Shown here one piece after another: positions 20,005 to 30,621 of a DNA stretch of 64,000 bases. The first letter of the stretch is position 1. Every line of letters begins with the position of its first letter. Origin of the DNA: Acidilobaceae archaeon (lineage in GTDB: Archaea; Thermoproteota; Thermoprotei_A; Sulfolobales; Acidilobaceae). The DNA is taken from the NCBI GenBank assembly GCA_038897215.1, contig JAWAWX010000001.1:928001-992000 (forward strand), given 5' to 3'. A program made the translations under genes and the position numbers. Under the pieces are notes generated by a model. The model was not told the DNA's origin, made no database searches, and saw only the letters and a list, made by a program, of their open reading frames with translations.

Positions 20005-20523
20005 CTACCCGGCTTCAGCTCGCTGAGCCTCAAGCCTCTCCCGGTAGGGGCTGCCGGGAGCGTAGTCTACTAGGTGCTCCTCGTCTACTGAGACCAGGTA
20101 GCCGGGAGAGGTCACTCTCCTCCCCCCGATCGCTATGTGGCCGTGAGCTATCAGCTGCCTCGCCTCGTATATCGTTCGAGCTAGTCTCTTAGCGTAGACG
20201 ATAGTCTGTAGCCTCCTCTGGAGGAAGTGCTCTCCTGTGAGGCTCAGCACGTCGTCTAATGTAGCGTTCTCGCTCAAGACTCCCAGCTTGGCTAGCTTGG
20301 AGGCGAGCTTTCTGAACTCTACTTCTCTAACGTCCTCTGGTAGAGCTAGGAGAGCTCTAGCTCTATGCCTGTACCTCCTAGCCATGGTCTCGGCTAGCCA
20401 GAGCTCTCTCTTGTTCCTCAAGCCGTATCTGCCCATCAGCTCTATCTCTTTCTGTAGTTTCTCCTTGATCCAGGGGTGCTTGGGGCCCATCCACTTCCTC
20501 CTAGACTTCTTGGGGTCACCCAC
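20005..20523 (-). CDS. rps4: 30S ribosomal protein S4
   Basis: [29 protein letters not shown]. Confidence 0.97.
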   Translation of the reverse strand: MGDPKKSRRKWMGPKHPWIKEKLQKEIELMGRYGLRNKRELWLAETMARRYRHRARALLALPEDVREVEFRKLASKLAKLGVLSENATLDDVLSLTGEHFLQRRLQTIVYAKRLARTIYEARQLIAHGHIAIGGRRVTSPGYLVSVDEEHLVDYAPGSPYRERLEAQRAEAG

Positions 20524-20542
20524 TAGGCTAGCACCTCGCGCT

Positions 20543-21001
20543 CTACTTCTTCTTCTTAGTCACTCCCACAGTCGCTCCTATCCTGCCAGTCGTCCTAGTC
20601 CTCTGCCCTCTAACCTTGTAGCCTAGCTTGTGCCTGACGCCTCTCCAAGTGTTCAGCCTGATCTCTCTCTCTATATCCCTCCTAGCGTACAAGAGGAGGT
20701 CTGAGCCCACGAGGTGCACGTCTCTACCGGTCTCGTAGTCTCTCCTCCTGTTATACATCCAGCTCGGGAGCCCCAAGCTAGTCAAGTCGGCTACAGCGCT
20801 CTCTACTCTCCTTACCTCCTCCTCAGTCAGAAACCCAGCCAGCATGCCGGGATTCAGTCCAAGCATTCTAATAATAGCCATAGCCGTACTATACCCGATA
20901 CCCTTAACCTCAGCTAGAGCCCAAGGTAGCTTCAAATCCCCCCTCACGTCAGTACCAGCTATCCTAACTATATGCGTGAACGACCTAACCTCCCCACTCA
21001 C
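20543..21001 (-). CDS. rps13: 30S ribosomal protein S13
   Basis: [22 protein letters not shown]. Confidence 0.97.
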   Translation of the reverse strand: MSGEVRSFTHIVRIAGTDVRGDLKLPWALAEVKGIGYSTAMAIIRMLGLNPGMLAGFLTEEEVRRVESAVADLTSLGLPSWMYNRRRDYETGRDVHLVGSDLLLYARRDIEREIRLNTWRGVRHKLGYKVRGQRTRTTGRIGATVGVTKKKK

Positions 21002-21074
21002 GCCAACGAATCCCCTTGCATAAAACCCAAAACACGAGTAAAGCTTAAATCTATTCTAGAAGCAAACCCCCACA

Positions 21075-21340
21075 TCCCAAACCAGACAAGGGAGCCTTTT
21101 AAAGCGTTTAAAACACTCCCAGCGATGGAGCGGAGTAGAGCAAGCAAGGCGCTGTCATCGCTGATGGAGCGATGGCTGCGATGAAGCGGAATCCCGCGAG
21201 AGACTAGAGCGAGCCATCCCCAGCACCTAAAAACGTAACCAGAGTCCAAGAACGAAAGCAGGCCCCCGCCACGACAGCCAAGAAGCTTAAAACACCAACA
21301 CGACTAAAAATCAAGTGAGCGAAGAAACAGCCACGACACG
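21075..21340 (+). promoter_or_regulatory. CRISPR leader, copy 1
   Basis: Near-identical to 31697-31961; BRE/TATA-like AGAAGCTTAAAA about 50 bp before repeat 1. Confidence 0.8.
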
Positions 21341-21433
21341 GAATCCGACACATGGAGTTGAAAGGAGAATTCGAGCCAGTTCTCCCCGAGCCCGTTACAG
21401 AAAAATTAAGAATCCGGCACATGGAATTGAAAG
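21341..21433 (+). CRISPR. Orphan mini CRISPR array: 2 repeats, one 45-bp spacer
   Basis: GAATCCGACACATGGAGTTGAAAG (21341-21364) and GAATCCGGCACATGGAATTGAAAG (21410-21433); 24-bp crenarchaeal-type repeat ending in GAAAG. Confidence 0.85.
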
Positions 21434-21501
21434 GTTTACTCCCCGGTTATGTGTCGAGGGGAGAGAAGCTGGTAGGGGTTTGGTGCGTTTGTGTGTGGGG
21501 G

Positions 21502-22461
21502 TTAGAGGTTGTTTTTTGCCCATTCTAGGAAGTCTCTTACTGCTTCTTGTAGGCTTCTCCAGTTCTTCTTGAGTATTCTGCTTCTGTACTCGTAGTTTAG
21601 GCTTAGGAGCTCGAGGGTTAGTGCTTCGGGTCTGCCTCTGGGTATTAGGGGTTTTAGTGCTAGAGCAGTGCTTGCTAGGGGCTTGAGGGGTATTGTTATG
21701 CATCTGGCTCCGGTTTGTCTGCACCCCTCTATCACTAGGTCGCTTAGGTCTGGGTGGTGTGATACGGCGTTGAGCCAGAGGCCGTCGTATCTCCCTTCGC
21801 CGGCTTCTGCTAGTATTTCTGCCACGTCCTTGACGTGTACTAGCGGTATTCTTCTACCTAGCTTGGGGGCTATTCTCGCTGATAGCGCTCTCCTGTAAGC
21901 CGCCCACTCTGAGTGGTATGCCCAGGGGCCTAGTAGAAGCCCTGGTCTCACTATGCTCCACTTGCCTCTCAGCTCTCTAGAGCTTCTGAGTAGCCTCTCG
22001 CCCTCAGCCTTGGTGAGCCCGTGGTAGCTGTAGTGCTTGTGGACTTCGGGGTTTAAGTGGTCCTCCTCCTCGTAGACAACGCTCCCGGGCTTGAGGCCCC
22101 TCACTTCGCCCACAGCGCTTACAGCGCTCACGTAGACAACTCTAGCTCCCAGCTCTCCAGCCGCCTTAACGGTCTCTCCTAGGAGTTCTACGTGCGCTTC
22201 TCTAAACTCCTCCAGGCTCCCGGAGATCCTGCCGACCAGGTAGTAGTACACATCGCCCCCCAGGTCCCTCAAGCCCCCGGCTCTCAGAGACTCCGGGAGC
22301 TCTAGTTGCACTCCCATCGCTCTAAGCCTGGCCGCGATACGAGGCCTCCTAGCCTCCGAGCCCCTCCTGCCGACGACGATGACCCGAAAGCCCCTCCTCT
22401 CGAGTTCTTCAGCGAGATTAACCCCCAGGTATCCGAGACCCCCTACTATAACGTGCCTCAA
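21502..22461 (-). CDS. NAD-dependent epimerase/dehydratase (extended SDR)
   Basis: GGLGYLG, TKAEGE, IVRPG, VHVKDVA. Confidence 0.85.
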   Translation of the reverse strand: MRHVIVGGLGYLGVNLAEELERRGFRVIVVGRRGSEARRPRIAARLRAMGVQLELPESLRAGGLRDLGGDVYYYLVGRISGSLEEFREAHVELLGETVKAAGELGARVVYVSAVSAVGEVRGLKPGSVVYEEEDHLNPEVHKHYSYHGLTKAEGERLLRSSRELRGKWSIVRPGLLLGPWAYHSEWAAYRRALSARIAPKLGRRIPLVHVKDVAEILAEAGEGRYDGLWLNAVSHHPDLSDLVIEGCRQTGARCITIPLKPLASTALALKPLIPRGRPEALTLELLSLNYEYRSRILKKNWRSLQEAVRDFLEWAKNNL

Positions 22462-22499
22462 CCAGCCAACCCTCCAGCCTCCGCACCGAGCCCTATTCT

Positions 22500-22570
22500 A
22501 AGCCTCTCCCGGCTTCTCTCTCGTATTCCACGCGCTAGCTCCGGAGGAGAGAGGGGGAGAGGAGAGGCTT
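22500..22570. repeat. Intergenic inverted repeat/hairpin downstream of rpl7ae
   Basis: AAGCCTCTCC (22500-22509) and GGAGAGGCTT (22561-22570), with further inner complementarity. Confidence 0.5.
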
Positions 22571-22622
22571 GAGGAGCTGTGAGCGCGCTGAGCTAGAGAG
22601 TTGTGGCTGGCTCGCGCTGGCT

Positions 22623-23006
22623 TTATACGCCTGCTCTTGCTTTTAGCTCTTTCACTTTCTCCGTGATCTCTCTGAGTAGTGTCTCCGCTTCTCCGGGCTC
22701 TATGATCGCTACGCTGGAGGCTTGTACTTCGATGCCTGCTGCTTCTCCTAGCCTCTTCTTGCTGGGCACGTATGCGTAGGGTATCTTCTTCTCGTCGCAG
22801 AGATAGGGTAGGTGCATGACTATTTCTGGTGGGTCTACGTCTTCAGCTATGACGACTAGCTTAGCGAGGCCTCTCTCGACAGCCTTCGTTGTCTCGTTCA
22901 CGCCCTTCTTTATCTTCCCGGTCTTCCTGGCTCTAGCTACAGCCTCGTATATCTTCTCGGCTAGCTCGGGGGGCACGTTGAATCTGACGTAGATAGGCTT
23001 AGACAT
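22623..23006 (-). CDS. rpl7ae: 50S ribosomal protein L7Ae
   Basis: [24 protein letters not shown]; ATG follows GGAGGAGG. Confidence 0.96.
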   Translation of the reverse strand: MSKPIYVRFNVPPELAEKIYEAVARARKTGKIKKGVNETTKAVERGLAKLVVIAEDVDPPEIVMHLPYLCDEKKIPYAYVPSKKRLGEAAGIEVQASSVAIIEPGEAETLLREITEKVKELKARAGV

Positions 23007-23091
23007 AGTCATCCTCCTCCCCGCAGGTCGTCCGCATCTCGACCCTCTCTTAGCTTCAACCTTATAAGTCTTAGGGAAGCCGGGTGACGCG

Positions 23092-23634
23092 GTGACCCGC
23101 TTGACCTGCTTGGAGAGACTAGGTCCTGGGAAGAGTGCTCCCGAACTCGTTAACGTCGTGGTCGAGATCCCCATGAATAGCAGCGTTAAGTACGAGTTCG
23201 ACAAGGAAGCCTGCGTAGTCAAAGTAGATAGGTTTCTCTACACCAGCATGGTGTACCCCTTTAACTACGGCTTCATCCCGGGCACTCTCGAGGAAGACGG
23301 AGACCCCGTAGACGTGCTGGTAATCAGCAGAGAGCCCGTCCAAGCCGGGGCAGTCATCGAGGTCAAGCCGATAGGCTTGCTAGAGATGGAGGACGAGGAG
23401 GGTCCAGACGCTAAAGTCATAGCCGTCCCTAAGGCGAAGCTAGACCCCTACTACGCTGACTGGAACGATATAACCGATATCCCGGACGCGTTGAAGGAGA
23501 GGATCAAGCACTTCTTCGAGCACTACAAGGAGCTAGAGCCCGGCAAGTGGGTCAAGGTGAAATCCTGGAGGGGAGCAGCGGAGGCTAGAGAGAAGATTAG
23601 GAGAGCTCTAGAGAGAGCTAGAGGTAGCTCCTAG
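23092..23634 (+). CDS. ppa: Inorganic pyrophosphatase (family I)
   Basis: [27 protein letters not shown]. Confidence 0.96.
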   Translation: MTRLTCLERLGPGKSAPELVNVVVEIPMNSSVKYEFDKEACVVKVDRFLYTSMVYPFNYGFIPGTLEEDGDPVDVLVISREPVQAGAVIEVKPIGLLEMEDEEGPDAKVIAVPKAKLDPYYADWNDITDIPDALKERIKHFFEHYKELEPGKWVKVKSWRGAAEAREKIRRALERARGSS

Positions 23635-23732
23635 CAACTAGTAGCGCGCTCCCTCCCCCGGGGGAGGCTACTCGGAGATAAGAGTGCTGAGAGCTCGCTC
23701 TACCGGGGCTCTGCTCTCTAGAGGGGTATCTC

Positions 23733-24716
23733 TTGCTGAAAGTCAAGGCGTCAGTGACGAGGAGTGGCGCGATACTGCTAGGCGAGTGCTTCAGCGTAGA
23801 CGGTCACAGCTTGAGGCCCGCTAGAGTTGTTACTCACGCTCACAGAGACCACTTAGTGAACATTGAGGCAAGCTTGAGAGAAACTCCCTACATAGTGGCC
23901 ACTCCCTACACCTTCGAGCTACTCGAAGCCCTCGGGTACACTGTGAGCGAGAGTAGAGCAGTCCGGCTAGACTACGGGAGCTCTTTCAGGCTACGGGATG
24001 AGATAGTGACTCTCCTACAAGCTCGGCACATAGTGGGTAGTGCGCAAGTGCTAGTCGAGGGTAGAGACTTCAGAGTAGGGTATACTGGAGACTTCAAGAT
24101 GCCGGGAACTCCGCCCATGACCGACCTAGACGTGCTGGTACTAGACGCGACCTACGGGTCTCCCCATCTGGAGAGGAAGTGGAAGGAGTGGGATGCTGTA
24201 GGGGCTCTCGTAGACATTCTATCCAAGAAGCTTAGAGAAGGCTGTGTGGTCGTAAGAGGCTACAATGGGAAGCTGCAGGAGGTGATGGTTGAGCTGAGGC
24301 TGAGAGGAGTCAGAGACCTCTTTCTCGCCGACGAGGTCACCTACAAGATAGCGAGGATTGCTGAGAGATTCTACAAGACGAGCTTGGAGCCCTTGAGAGT
24401 CTTGAGCGAAGACGTTGTCTGCGGAGACCCGGTAGTCGTATTCAAGCACATAAACTCAGGCTCGCTCAACGAGCACAGCTGCTGCACGCAGGTAATAGTG
24501 ACAGGCTGGGAGCTTAGAGCTCCCGCTGTAGAGATGAAGAAGAGATACGTGAGAGTAGGGCTGAGCGACCACGCTTCATTCAGCGAGATACTAGAGTACG
24601 TGAGCGAAGCTAGGCCGCGCTTAGTGATAGTAGACGGGTATAGAGGTAGAGACGCGGGGGTTACAGCTAAGTACTTGAGTAGAGTGATGGGGATAGACGC
24701 TATAGTGATGCCCTGA
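23733..24716 (+). CDS. Metallo-beta-lactamase fold (beta-CASP-like) nuclease
   Basis: THAHRDH, HIVGS, YTGDF, DATYG, LSDHA. Confidence 0.85.
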   Translation: MLKVKASVTRSGAILLGECFSVDGHSLRPARVVTHAHRDHLVNIEASLRETPYIVATPYTFELLEALGYTVSESRAVRLDYGSSFRLRDEIVTLLQARHIVGSAQVLVEGRDFRVGYTGDFKMPGTPPMTDLDVLVLDATYGSPHLERKWKEWDAVGALVDILSKKLREGCVVVRGYNGKLQEVMVELRLRGVRDLFLADEVTYKIARIAERFYKTSLEPLRVLSEDVVCGDPVVVFKHINSGSLNEHSCCTQVIVTGWELRAPAVEMKKRYVRVGLSDHASFSEILEYVSEARPRLVIVDGYRGRDAGVTAKYLSRVMGIDAIVMP

Positions 24717-24724
24717 GAGCTCAG

Positions 24725-26938
24725 CTATGGGCCTAGAAGGTCTTCTAGAGACGGTGGGCTTGGCGGCAAGCCCTTCCTCTTCCTGATAGCCGAGACCAGC
24801 TGGTCTAGTAGAGAGTCGGGTACTGGAGCCCACCTGCTGAACTCCACGCCCCAGAAAGCCTTGCCTGCTGTAGCTCCTCTCAGCTCGCTAGCTAGGTCGA
24901 AGCTCTCCGCTACCGGGACTTCCGCTATGACTCTAGCAGCGTTGCCGGTAGTGATCACGTTCAGCATCCTCCCCCTCTTGCGCGCCAAGACTGCAGCGAT
25001 ATTGCTTATGTAGTCCATCGGCACTCTTATATCGAGCTTCTGTATAGGCTCTAGGAGCGTTGGCTTAGCTGTGAGAATCCCAGCCCATATAGCGTTCCTC
25101 GTGGCTGGATAGAGCTGACCGGGGCCTCTATGCGCTGGGTCTTCGTGGATGATTGCATCGTGTAGCACCACCTTGAGCCCTCTCACAGGCTCTGCTGCTA
25201 GAGGCCCTTCTCTAACCGCTAGCCTAAACCCGGCTATGATAGTGTCCTTGACTTCTCTGAGGTACTGGACGCCAGCTGTTTTGTCTACGAATACGTTGAA
25301 CCCCTCGTCTATAGCCCAGATCCTCTTAGCCTCATCGTAGTCCCATCCAGCCTTGTCTCTCAGGATAGCTGCTCTATCCTTCGGGTCCATGCTCTCTCTA
25401 ACCTCTCCTCTAGCGATCAACTCTATTGTCTCATCGTTGAGAGGCTCTACGCTTATGTAGAGCTTGTTATGCTTGTTGGGGCTCTTGCCCTCGAACACCT
25501 TGCTCGCAACTCTAGCAGCCTCCCTATACACTACGATTGGCTGAGCAGTCTTGACCTCGACTCCGAACTTCTCTTTGAGTAATGTTAGAGCTACCTCGAG
25601 GTGGAGGGGGCCCATTCCCGACAGCAGGTACTCTCCAGTCTCCTCGTTTATCTTGAGGACTAGGTTGGGGTCTTCGATAGTGAGCTTTCTGAGAGCATCT
25701 ATCACCTTAGGCAAGTCCTGGACTTTCAGAGGCTCTACCGCAATAGTGACCACGGGCTCGCTCACGTATCTAAGAGGCTCGAAGGGAGCGCATGAAGCAG
25801 AGTACCTCATGTCGACTATGGTCTCGCCAGACCTTATGTCCTCGATCCCCATGATCGCTCCGATATTGCCCGCTGTTATCTTGTGCGTGAGCTCCCTGAA
25901 AGGCCCCATGTAGAGGCTGACCTGGAGAATCCTGCCTGTTCTCCCCCCGGATACCAGATACACCTCTCTACCGGGCTCAAGCGTCCCCGAGAAGAGCCTC
26001 CCCGTAGCGACAAGCCCTGCCTTCTCTACTCTAACGTCGTTCACGTAGAAGACCAGAGGCCCGTTGGGGTCGGCTTCTATCATCGCTCTGCCTAGCTCTG
26101 AGTCGAGCTCCCCTCTCCATATCCTGGGGATCCTGTACTTCTGCGCTTCTCTAGGGTTCGGCACGAACTTGACGACAATGTCTAGTAGAGCTTCGTGAAG
26201 CGGGACTTGCTTAGATAGCTGAGCCACGAGCTCCTTATCGTCTCTGCTGTAAGCGTTGATCACGTCGGAGAGAGAAACGCCCTTCTTCTTGACCAGGGGG
26301 ACTGTGAGCGCCCACTTGTCTCTCGCGCTCCCGAAAGCCACCTGGCCCTCGGCTGGGTTCACTTTCCACCTCTTGGCGAACTCTGGCTCTCCGTAGTTGT
26401 CGATTAGGCTATTGAACTCCTTGATTATCTCCACGAATCTCTCCTGTATGCGCTCAGGGGTCATCTTGAGCTCTCTGATCAGCCTATCCACCTTGTTTAT
26501 GAATAGGATTGGTCGAACTCTCTCCTCCAAAGCCTGCCTTACTACTGTCTCCGTCTGAGTCATGACCCCCTCTACGGCATCCACCACTACTATGGCTCCA
26601 TCGAGAACTCTAAGGCTTCTAGTGACTTTGCCCGTGAAGTCTACGTGGCCCGGAGTGTCTATTAGGTTGATCACGTAGGGCTTGCCTTGATACTCGTGGT
26701 AGAGGCTTACGTTTGCAGCCTTAACCGTGATCCCTCTCTGCTTCTCCACAGAGAGGTAGTCTAGGACGAGTGCTTCGCCGGCAAGCCTCTCAGATATAAG
26801 CCCGGCTGCGGCTAGGAGAGAGTCGCTCGTCGTCGTCTTCCCGTGGTCTACGTGAGCTATTATCCCTATATTCCTCACTTGCTCTATGTTACCCATTATC
26901 TTCTCTATCTCAGATACCATCTTGACCCTGATACCCAT
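24725..26938 (-). CDS. fusA: Elongation factor 2
   Basis: [25 protein letters not shown], diphthamide loop [11 protein letters not shown]. Confidence 0.98.
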   Translation of the reverse strand: MGIRVKMVSEIEKIMGNIEQVRNIGIIAHVDHGKTTTSDSLLAAAGLISERLAGEALVLDYLSVEKQRGITVKAANVSLYHEYQGKPYVINLIDTPGHVDFTGKVTRSLRVLDGAIVVVDAVEGVMTQTETVVRQALEERVRPILFINKVDRLIRELKMTPERIQERFVEIIKEFNSLIDNYGEPEFAKRWKVNPAEGQVAFGSARDKWALTVPLVKKKGVSLSDVINAYSRDDKELVAQLSKQVPLHEALLDIVVKFVPNPREAQKYRIPRIWRGELDSELGRAMIEADPNGPLVFYVNDVRVEKAGLVATGRLFSGTLEPGREVYLVSGGRTGRILQVSLYMGPFRELTHKITAGNIGAIMGIEDIRSGETIVDMRYSASCAPFEPLRYVSEPVVTIAVEPLKVQDLPKVIDALRKLTIEDPNLVLKINEETGEYLLSGMGPLHLEVALTLLKEKFGVEVKTAQPIVVYREAARVASKVFEGKSPNKHNKLYISVEPLNDETIELIARGEVRESMDPKDRAAILRDKAGWDYDEAKRIWAIDEGFNVFVDKTAGVQYLREVKDTIIAGFRLAVREGPLAAEPVRGLKVVLHDAIIHEDPAHRGPGQLYPATRNAIWAGILTAKPTLLEPIQKLDIRVPMDYISNIAAVLARKRGRMLNVITTGNAARVIAEVPVAESFDLASELRGATAGKAFWGVEFSRWAPVPDSLLDQLVSAIRKRKGLPPSPPSLEDLLGP

Positions 26939-27021
26939 ACCGATACACCTAGCCGAAATCCACAACCCCTATAGCCCTAGAACCTTTAAAGGCTTATGAC
27001 TGACCGCTTCTCGAGCCCCGG

Positions 27022-27564
27022 CTAGTCTTGCTTGAAGAGAGCCGAGAGCCTCAGCTCTGGGCCTACCTGCCTCCCTCCATAGAAGAACCTAACGAGGCAG
27101 AGGTCGCTACCATGAGCTGAGACCGAAGCTATGATAGAGTCTCGCGGAGCCTCGTCTACGAGGAGCTTTGCGTGAAACGCTTTAATCAACTCCTCTGCAA
27201 CCCTATCCGATGCCTCCGACCCATCGCTAGCAACGTAGAGAGCTCTAGGTCTAGACGGGGCTCTAGAGCCTACTTCTCGAGCTAGCTTGACGCCGCGGAG
27301 GCTGAAGACGCTCAAGAGCTCTAGAGAGAGAGGCTCGGCTCGCGGCACGTATACTCTGATGAAGCCCGGGTTCCCTTTCCTTTCTGAGACAACGACGACT
27401 CTAGAAGCGCTGAGAGCTAGCGCTAGCCGAGCTAGGTCCTCCATGGATGCGTGCCCTCTCGTGAATCTAGTGGCGGATGGTAGCACTGAGACCAGGTCTT
27501 TGACTAGGCTTCTCGAGCGACGGCTAGGTCTCCTGCTAGTAGTCACGACTATCTTCCCGGTCAA
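27022..27564 (-). CDS. Brix-domain ribosome biogenesis protein
   Basis: TTSRRPSRRSRS, RG, ERKGNPG. Confidence 0.88.
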   Translation of the reverse strand: MTGKIVVTTSRRPSRRSRSLVKDLVSVLPSATRFTRGHASMEDLARLALALSASRVVVVSERKGNPGFIRVYVPRAEPLSLELLSVFSLRGVKLAREVGSRAPSRPRALYVASDGSEASDRVAEELIKAFHAKLLVDEAPRDSIIASVSAHGSDLCLVRFFYGGRQVGPELRLSALFKQD

Positions 27565-27747
27565 GCTAGCACCCCCTCTAGCCTGCAGCGCTCTCGGATA
27601 AAGTAGCTGTTCTTGGAGCCTAGCCGAGAGGCTGGGCTGACGCGGCTTACCCGCATAAAAGCTTAAAAGGAGCCTGCTGAGAAGTGGGGAGATTAAGGTG
27701 GATCAGTTGGACTCGAAATACTCAAAGCAAGGCTTCGAGCACGCTTC

Positions 27748-28593
27748 CTGGATAGAGGTAGGTGTCTAGAATGCTTTATCCACTCTAGAGCTAGGAAGAT
27801 GAAGGCTAGCACTGCTCTACTCGGTGTTCTCGAGAAGAGCGCGACGAGAACCGAGGTCTTCACTGAATCCTTTAAGCTAATGTATCCGCTAGTCAGAGAG
27901 GAGATAGAGAAGCTGAAGAGAGCTCTTAACGAGAAGTTCCTCGATATCCTCTACGAGGTGAGGGGAGAGAGCTGGAGGAGCCTCTTGACTCTATCAGCTC
28001 TAGCGAATGCTGTAGACTACGAGATGAAGTGGTCTAGCGTGAGCACAGAGCTAGTGTGCGCTAACAGCGGGGAGTGCGGGATTGTAGATAGCGATGCGCT
28101 AGACCTCTTAGAGGACTCCGAGGAGGTAGCCATCCTCCTAGATAACGCTGGAGAAGCAGTAGTCGACCTAGCTCTAGCTTTGAAGCTAGCTGCTTCGGGG
28201 AAGAGGGTTCTAGTGATAGCTAGAGGTGAGCCTTACGAGGTAGACGTGACGGCTGGCGAGGCTAGAGAGCTGGCAGTGAGGGTAGCTGAGCGTATCGGAG
28301 AGAAGGAGGCTCTCAGGAAGATAGTAGTGTTGAGTACTGAGAGCTCCTACCCGGCTTTCGCCGCCACGAGTAACAGCGTGCTCTCAGCTAGCTTGAGTAG
28401 AGTCGACGCTATAGTATCGAAGGGTATAGCTAACTTCGAGGCAGCTGTTGACTACGAGTTCCCGGAGAGCGGTAAAGTCATCGTAGCTCTTAGAGCTAAG
28501 TGCCCGCCAATAGCTGAGCTCCTAGGAGCTCCTCTCGGAGCCCCTGTCATCAGGATACTTAGCAGGATCAGAGCCGAGAGGTGGTCTGTGTGA
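27748..28593 (+). CDS. DUF89/ARMT1-like metal-dependent phosphatase (first ATG 27799; in-frame CxxC lies upstream)
   Basis: LANAVD, LLDNAGEAVVD, SKGIANFE, AKCPPIA. Confidence 0.82.
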   Translation: MDRGRCLECFIHSRARKMKASTALLGVLEKSATRTEVFTESFKLMYPLVREEIEKLKRALNEKFLDILYEVRGESWRSLLTLSALANAVDYEMKWSSVSTELVCANSGECGIVDSDALDLLEDSEEVAILLDNAGEAVVDLALALKLAASGKRVLVIARGEPYEVDVTAGEARELAVRVAERIGEKEALRKIVVLSTESSYPAFAATSNSVLSASLSRVDAIVSKGIANFEAAVDYEFPESGKVIVALRAKCPPIAELLGAPLGAPVIRILSRIRAERWSV

Positions 28594-29528
28594 GGGTCCT
28601 CGTGACCGAGACTGTTAGCGAGAAGCTACTGAAGATTCTTGCAGACGCAGGTCTTCATGTAGACTACAGACCCGGTATTAGCAGAGACGAGTTGATTAGA
28701 GTAGTCGGGGAGTACGACGTGATAGTTGTTAGAGGGAGGACTCGAGTAGACTCCGAGGTGCTCGAGGCTGGAGCGGGGAGGCTGAAGATAGTAGCGAGAG
28801 CTGGGATAGGCTTAGACAACATCGACGTAGAGAAAGCGGAGAAGCTGGGAGTAGTCGTGGTGAACGCTGGAGACGCTTCTATCGAGAGCGTAGCCGAGCT
28901 GACTATAGCGCTGACTCTGATAGCTCTCCGCAGGCTAGACTACGCCATGGGCTTGGTTAAGAGCGGTAAGTGGGAGAGACCGCTTGGGAGAGAGCTCTCA
29001 GGCAAGAGGCTCCTTGTAATCGGCTTCGGGAGGATAGGGAGGAGGGTAGCGGAGCTAGCGAAAAGCTTTGGAGCACTAGTCACAGCCTACGACGTCGTAG
29101 ACGTTAGGAGCGAGGCTGAGAAGAGGGGAGTCGAGGTAGCACCAGACCTCTGTAGTGCTCTCAGAGAAGCCGATATAGTCTCTCTCCACGTGCCTCTCTC
29201 AGAGTCCACGCGCAAGCTTGTGAACAAAGACCTGCTAGAGAGGTGCTTCAAGAGAGGGTCTATACTGGTGAACACCAGCAGAGGAGCCGTAGTAGATGCT
29301 GAGGCAGTGTTGTGGGCTCTAGACCACGGCATTCTCTCAGCCTACGCGGCCGACGTGCTGGAGGAGGAGCCTCCCGTGAGCGAGCTCCAGAAGAGGCTGG
29401 TCACGCACCCTAGAGTGATAGTGACTCCCCACGTGGGAGCTCAGACACTCGAAGCTCAAGAGAGAATAGCTGAGGTTATTGGAGAGGCTATAGTGAGGCT
29501 CGTTAGGAGGCTCGAGAGGAATGCCTAA
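28581..29528 (+). CDS. serA: D-3-phosphoglycerate dehydrogenase-like 2-hydroxyacid dehydrogenase (no ACT domain)
   Basis: RAGIGLDNID, GFGRIG, NTSRG, TPHVGAQT.EAQ. Confidence 0.8.
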   Translation: MVCVRVLVTETVSEKLLKILADAGLHVDYRPGISRDELIRVVGEYDVIVVRGRTRVDSEVLEAGAGRLKIVARAGIGLDNIDVEKAEKLGVVVVNAGDASIESVAELTIALTLIALRRLDYAMGLVKSGKWERPLGRELSGKRLLVIGFGRIGRRVAELAKSFGALVTAYDVVDVRSEAEKRGVEVAPDLCSALREADIVSLHVPLSESTRKLVNKDLLERCFKRGSILVNTSRGAVVDAEAVLWALDHGILSAYAADVLEEEPPVSELQKRLVTHPRVIVTPHVGAQTLEAQERIAEVIGEAIVRLVRRLERNA

Positions 29529-30612
29529 GCTACTAACCCCGGGCCCCGTAGAGGTCCCGAGACCAGTGCTAGAGGCTATGCTGAGAGCTCCTAAGTACCA
29601 TAGAGATAGAGAGTTCAGAGAGTTCTTCTCGAGGCTGAGAGAGAAGCTACTGAAGCTCTCGAGAGGAGCGGCTGAGGTCGCTGTTCTAGCTGGGAGCGGG
29701 ACTACCGCTGTCGATGCTAGCGTATGGTCTCTGATCGAGCGAGGAGAGCGAGTCCTGGCTCTAGTCTGGGGGGAGTTCGGGGAGAGAATGCTGGACTCGG
29801 CTATCAGGCGGGGGGCAATCGTCGACGTGATGAGAGCTCCTGCAGGAAGCGTTGTCGACGAGTCCTCGGTCTTGGAGAAGCTGGAGAGCGGGCTCTACAG
29901 CTCCCTGATCCTCGTGCACAACGAGAGCAGCACGGGCGTTGTCTACTCGCAGCTAGAGACTCTAGCCAGGAGGTCTAGAGACCTCGGAGTCAAGGTGATC
30001 GTAGACTCTGTCTCCGGCTTCGCTGGAGCCCGCATAGAGAACTCTTGGGGGATAACTGCTATAGCGACTAGTAGCCAGAAGGCTCTCGCAGCTCCCCCGG
30101 GCGTCGGCCTCGTCTTCCTCTCCGAAGAGGGGGTCGGGGAGGTCGAGAAGAAGGGGCGCTCAGCACCACCCATGCTCGACTTGAGTATGTACGTAGAGTA
30201 CAGTAGGAGAGTCAGCGAGACCCCCTTCACTCCAGCTCTCCCGATACTCTCCGCTCTAGACGCTGCAGTCGACCTCGTGCTATCAGCAGGTTTGGAGAGA
30301 TACATAGAGGAGCACTATAGGAGAGCTGGCTTCCTCTACGAGAGGCTAGCTGAGGCAGGCTTGGAGCCCCTGCCGGAGAGCCCCTCGATCAGGAGTCCTA
30401 CGATAACAGCCTTCAAGACCCCTATTGACTCGAAGATAGTGGTTGAGAGTGTCCTCAAGCGAGGCTACAAGATAGCTCAGGGGATGAGAGAGTTCAAAGA
30501 CAAGATTGTGAGGATAGGAGTCATGGGGGACGTCACACTCTCAGACCTCGAGGTCGTGGCTTCAACGATAGCCGAAGTCGTGGCAGGCCGTGGGCTCCGC
30601 GGTAGCGAGTGA
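29521..30612 (+). CDS. Class V PLP-dependent aminotransferase
   Basis: LTPGPV, GSGT, HNESSTG, VDSVS, SQKAL, TPFTP, RIGVMG. Confidence 0.9.
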   Translation: MPKLLTPGPVEVPRPVLEAMLRAPKYHRDREFREFFSRLREKLLKLSRGAAEVAVLAGSGTTAVDASVWSLIERGERVLALVWGEFGERMLDSAIRRGAIVDVMRAPAGSVVDESSVLEKLESGLYSSLILVHNESSTGVVYSQLETLARRSRDLGVKVIVDSVSGFAGARIENSWGITAIATSSQKALAAPPGVGLVFLSEEGVGEVEKKGRSAPPMLDLSMYVEYSRRVSETPFTPALPILSALDAAVDLVLSAGLERYIEEHYRRAGFLYERLAEAGLEPLPESPSIRSPTITAFKTPIDSKIVVESVLKRGYKIAQGMREFKDKIVRIGVMGDVTLSDLEVVASTIAEVVAGRGLRGSE

Positions 30613-30621
30613 GTAGCGCTA

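Noticed and set aside
20972-21724. Several short ORFs over the leader and array of locus 1 (and 31730-31972 at locus 2)
   Set aside because: They overlap non-coding leader/repeats and their frames are not preserved between the two copies.
23006-23050. Autoregulatory K-turn in the rpl7ae 5' UTR
   Set aside because: GA dinucleotides and a GGTCG/CGACC hairpin exist, but no convincing K-turn could be built by eye.
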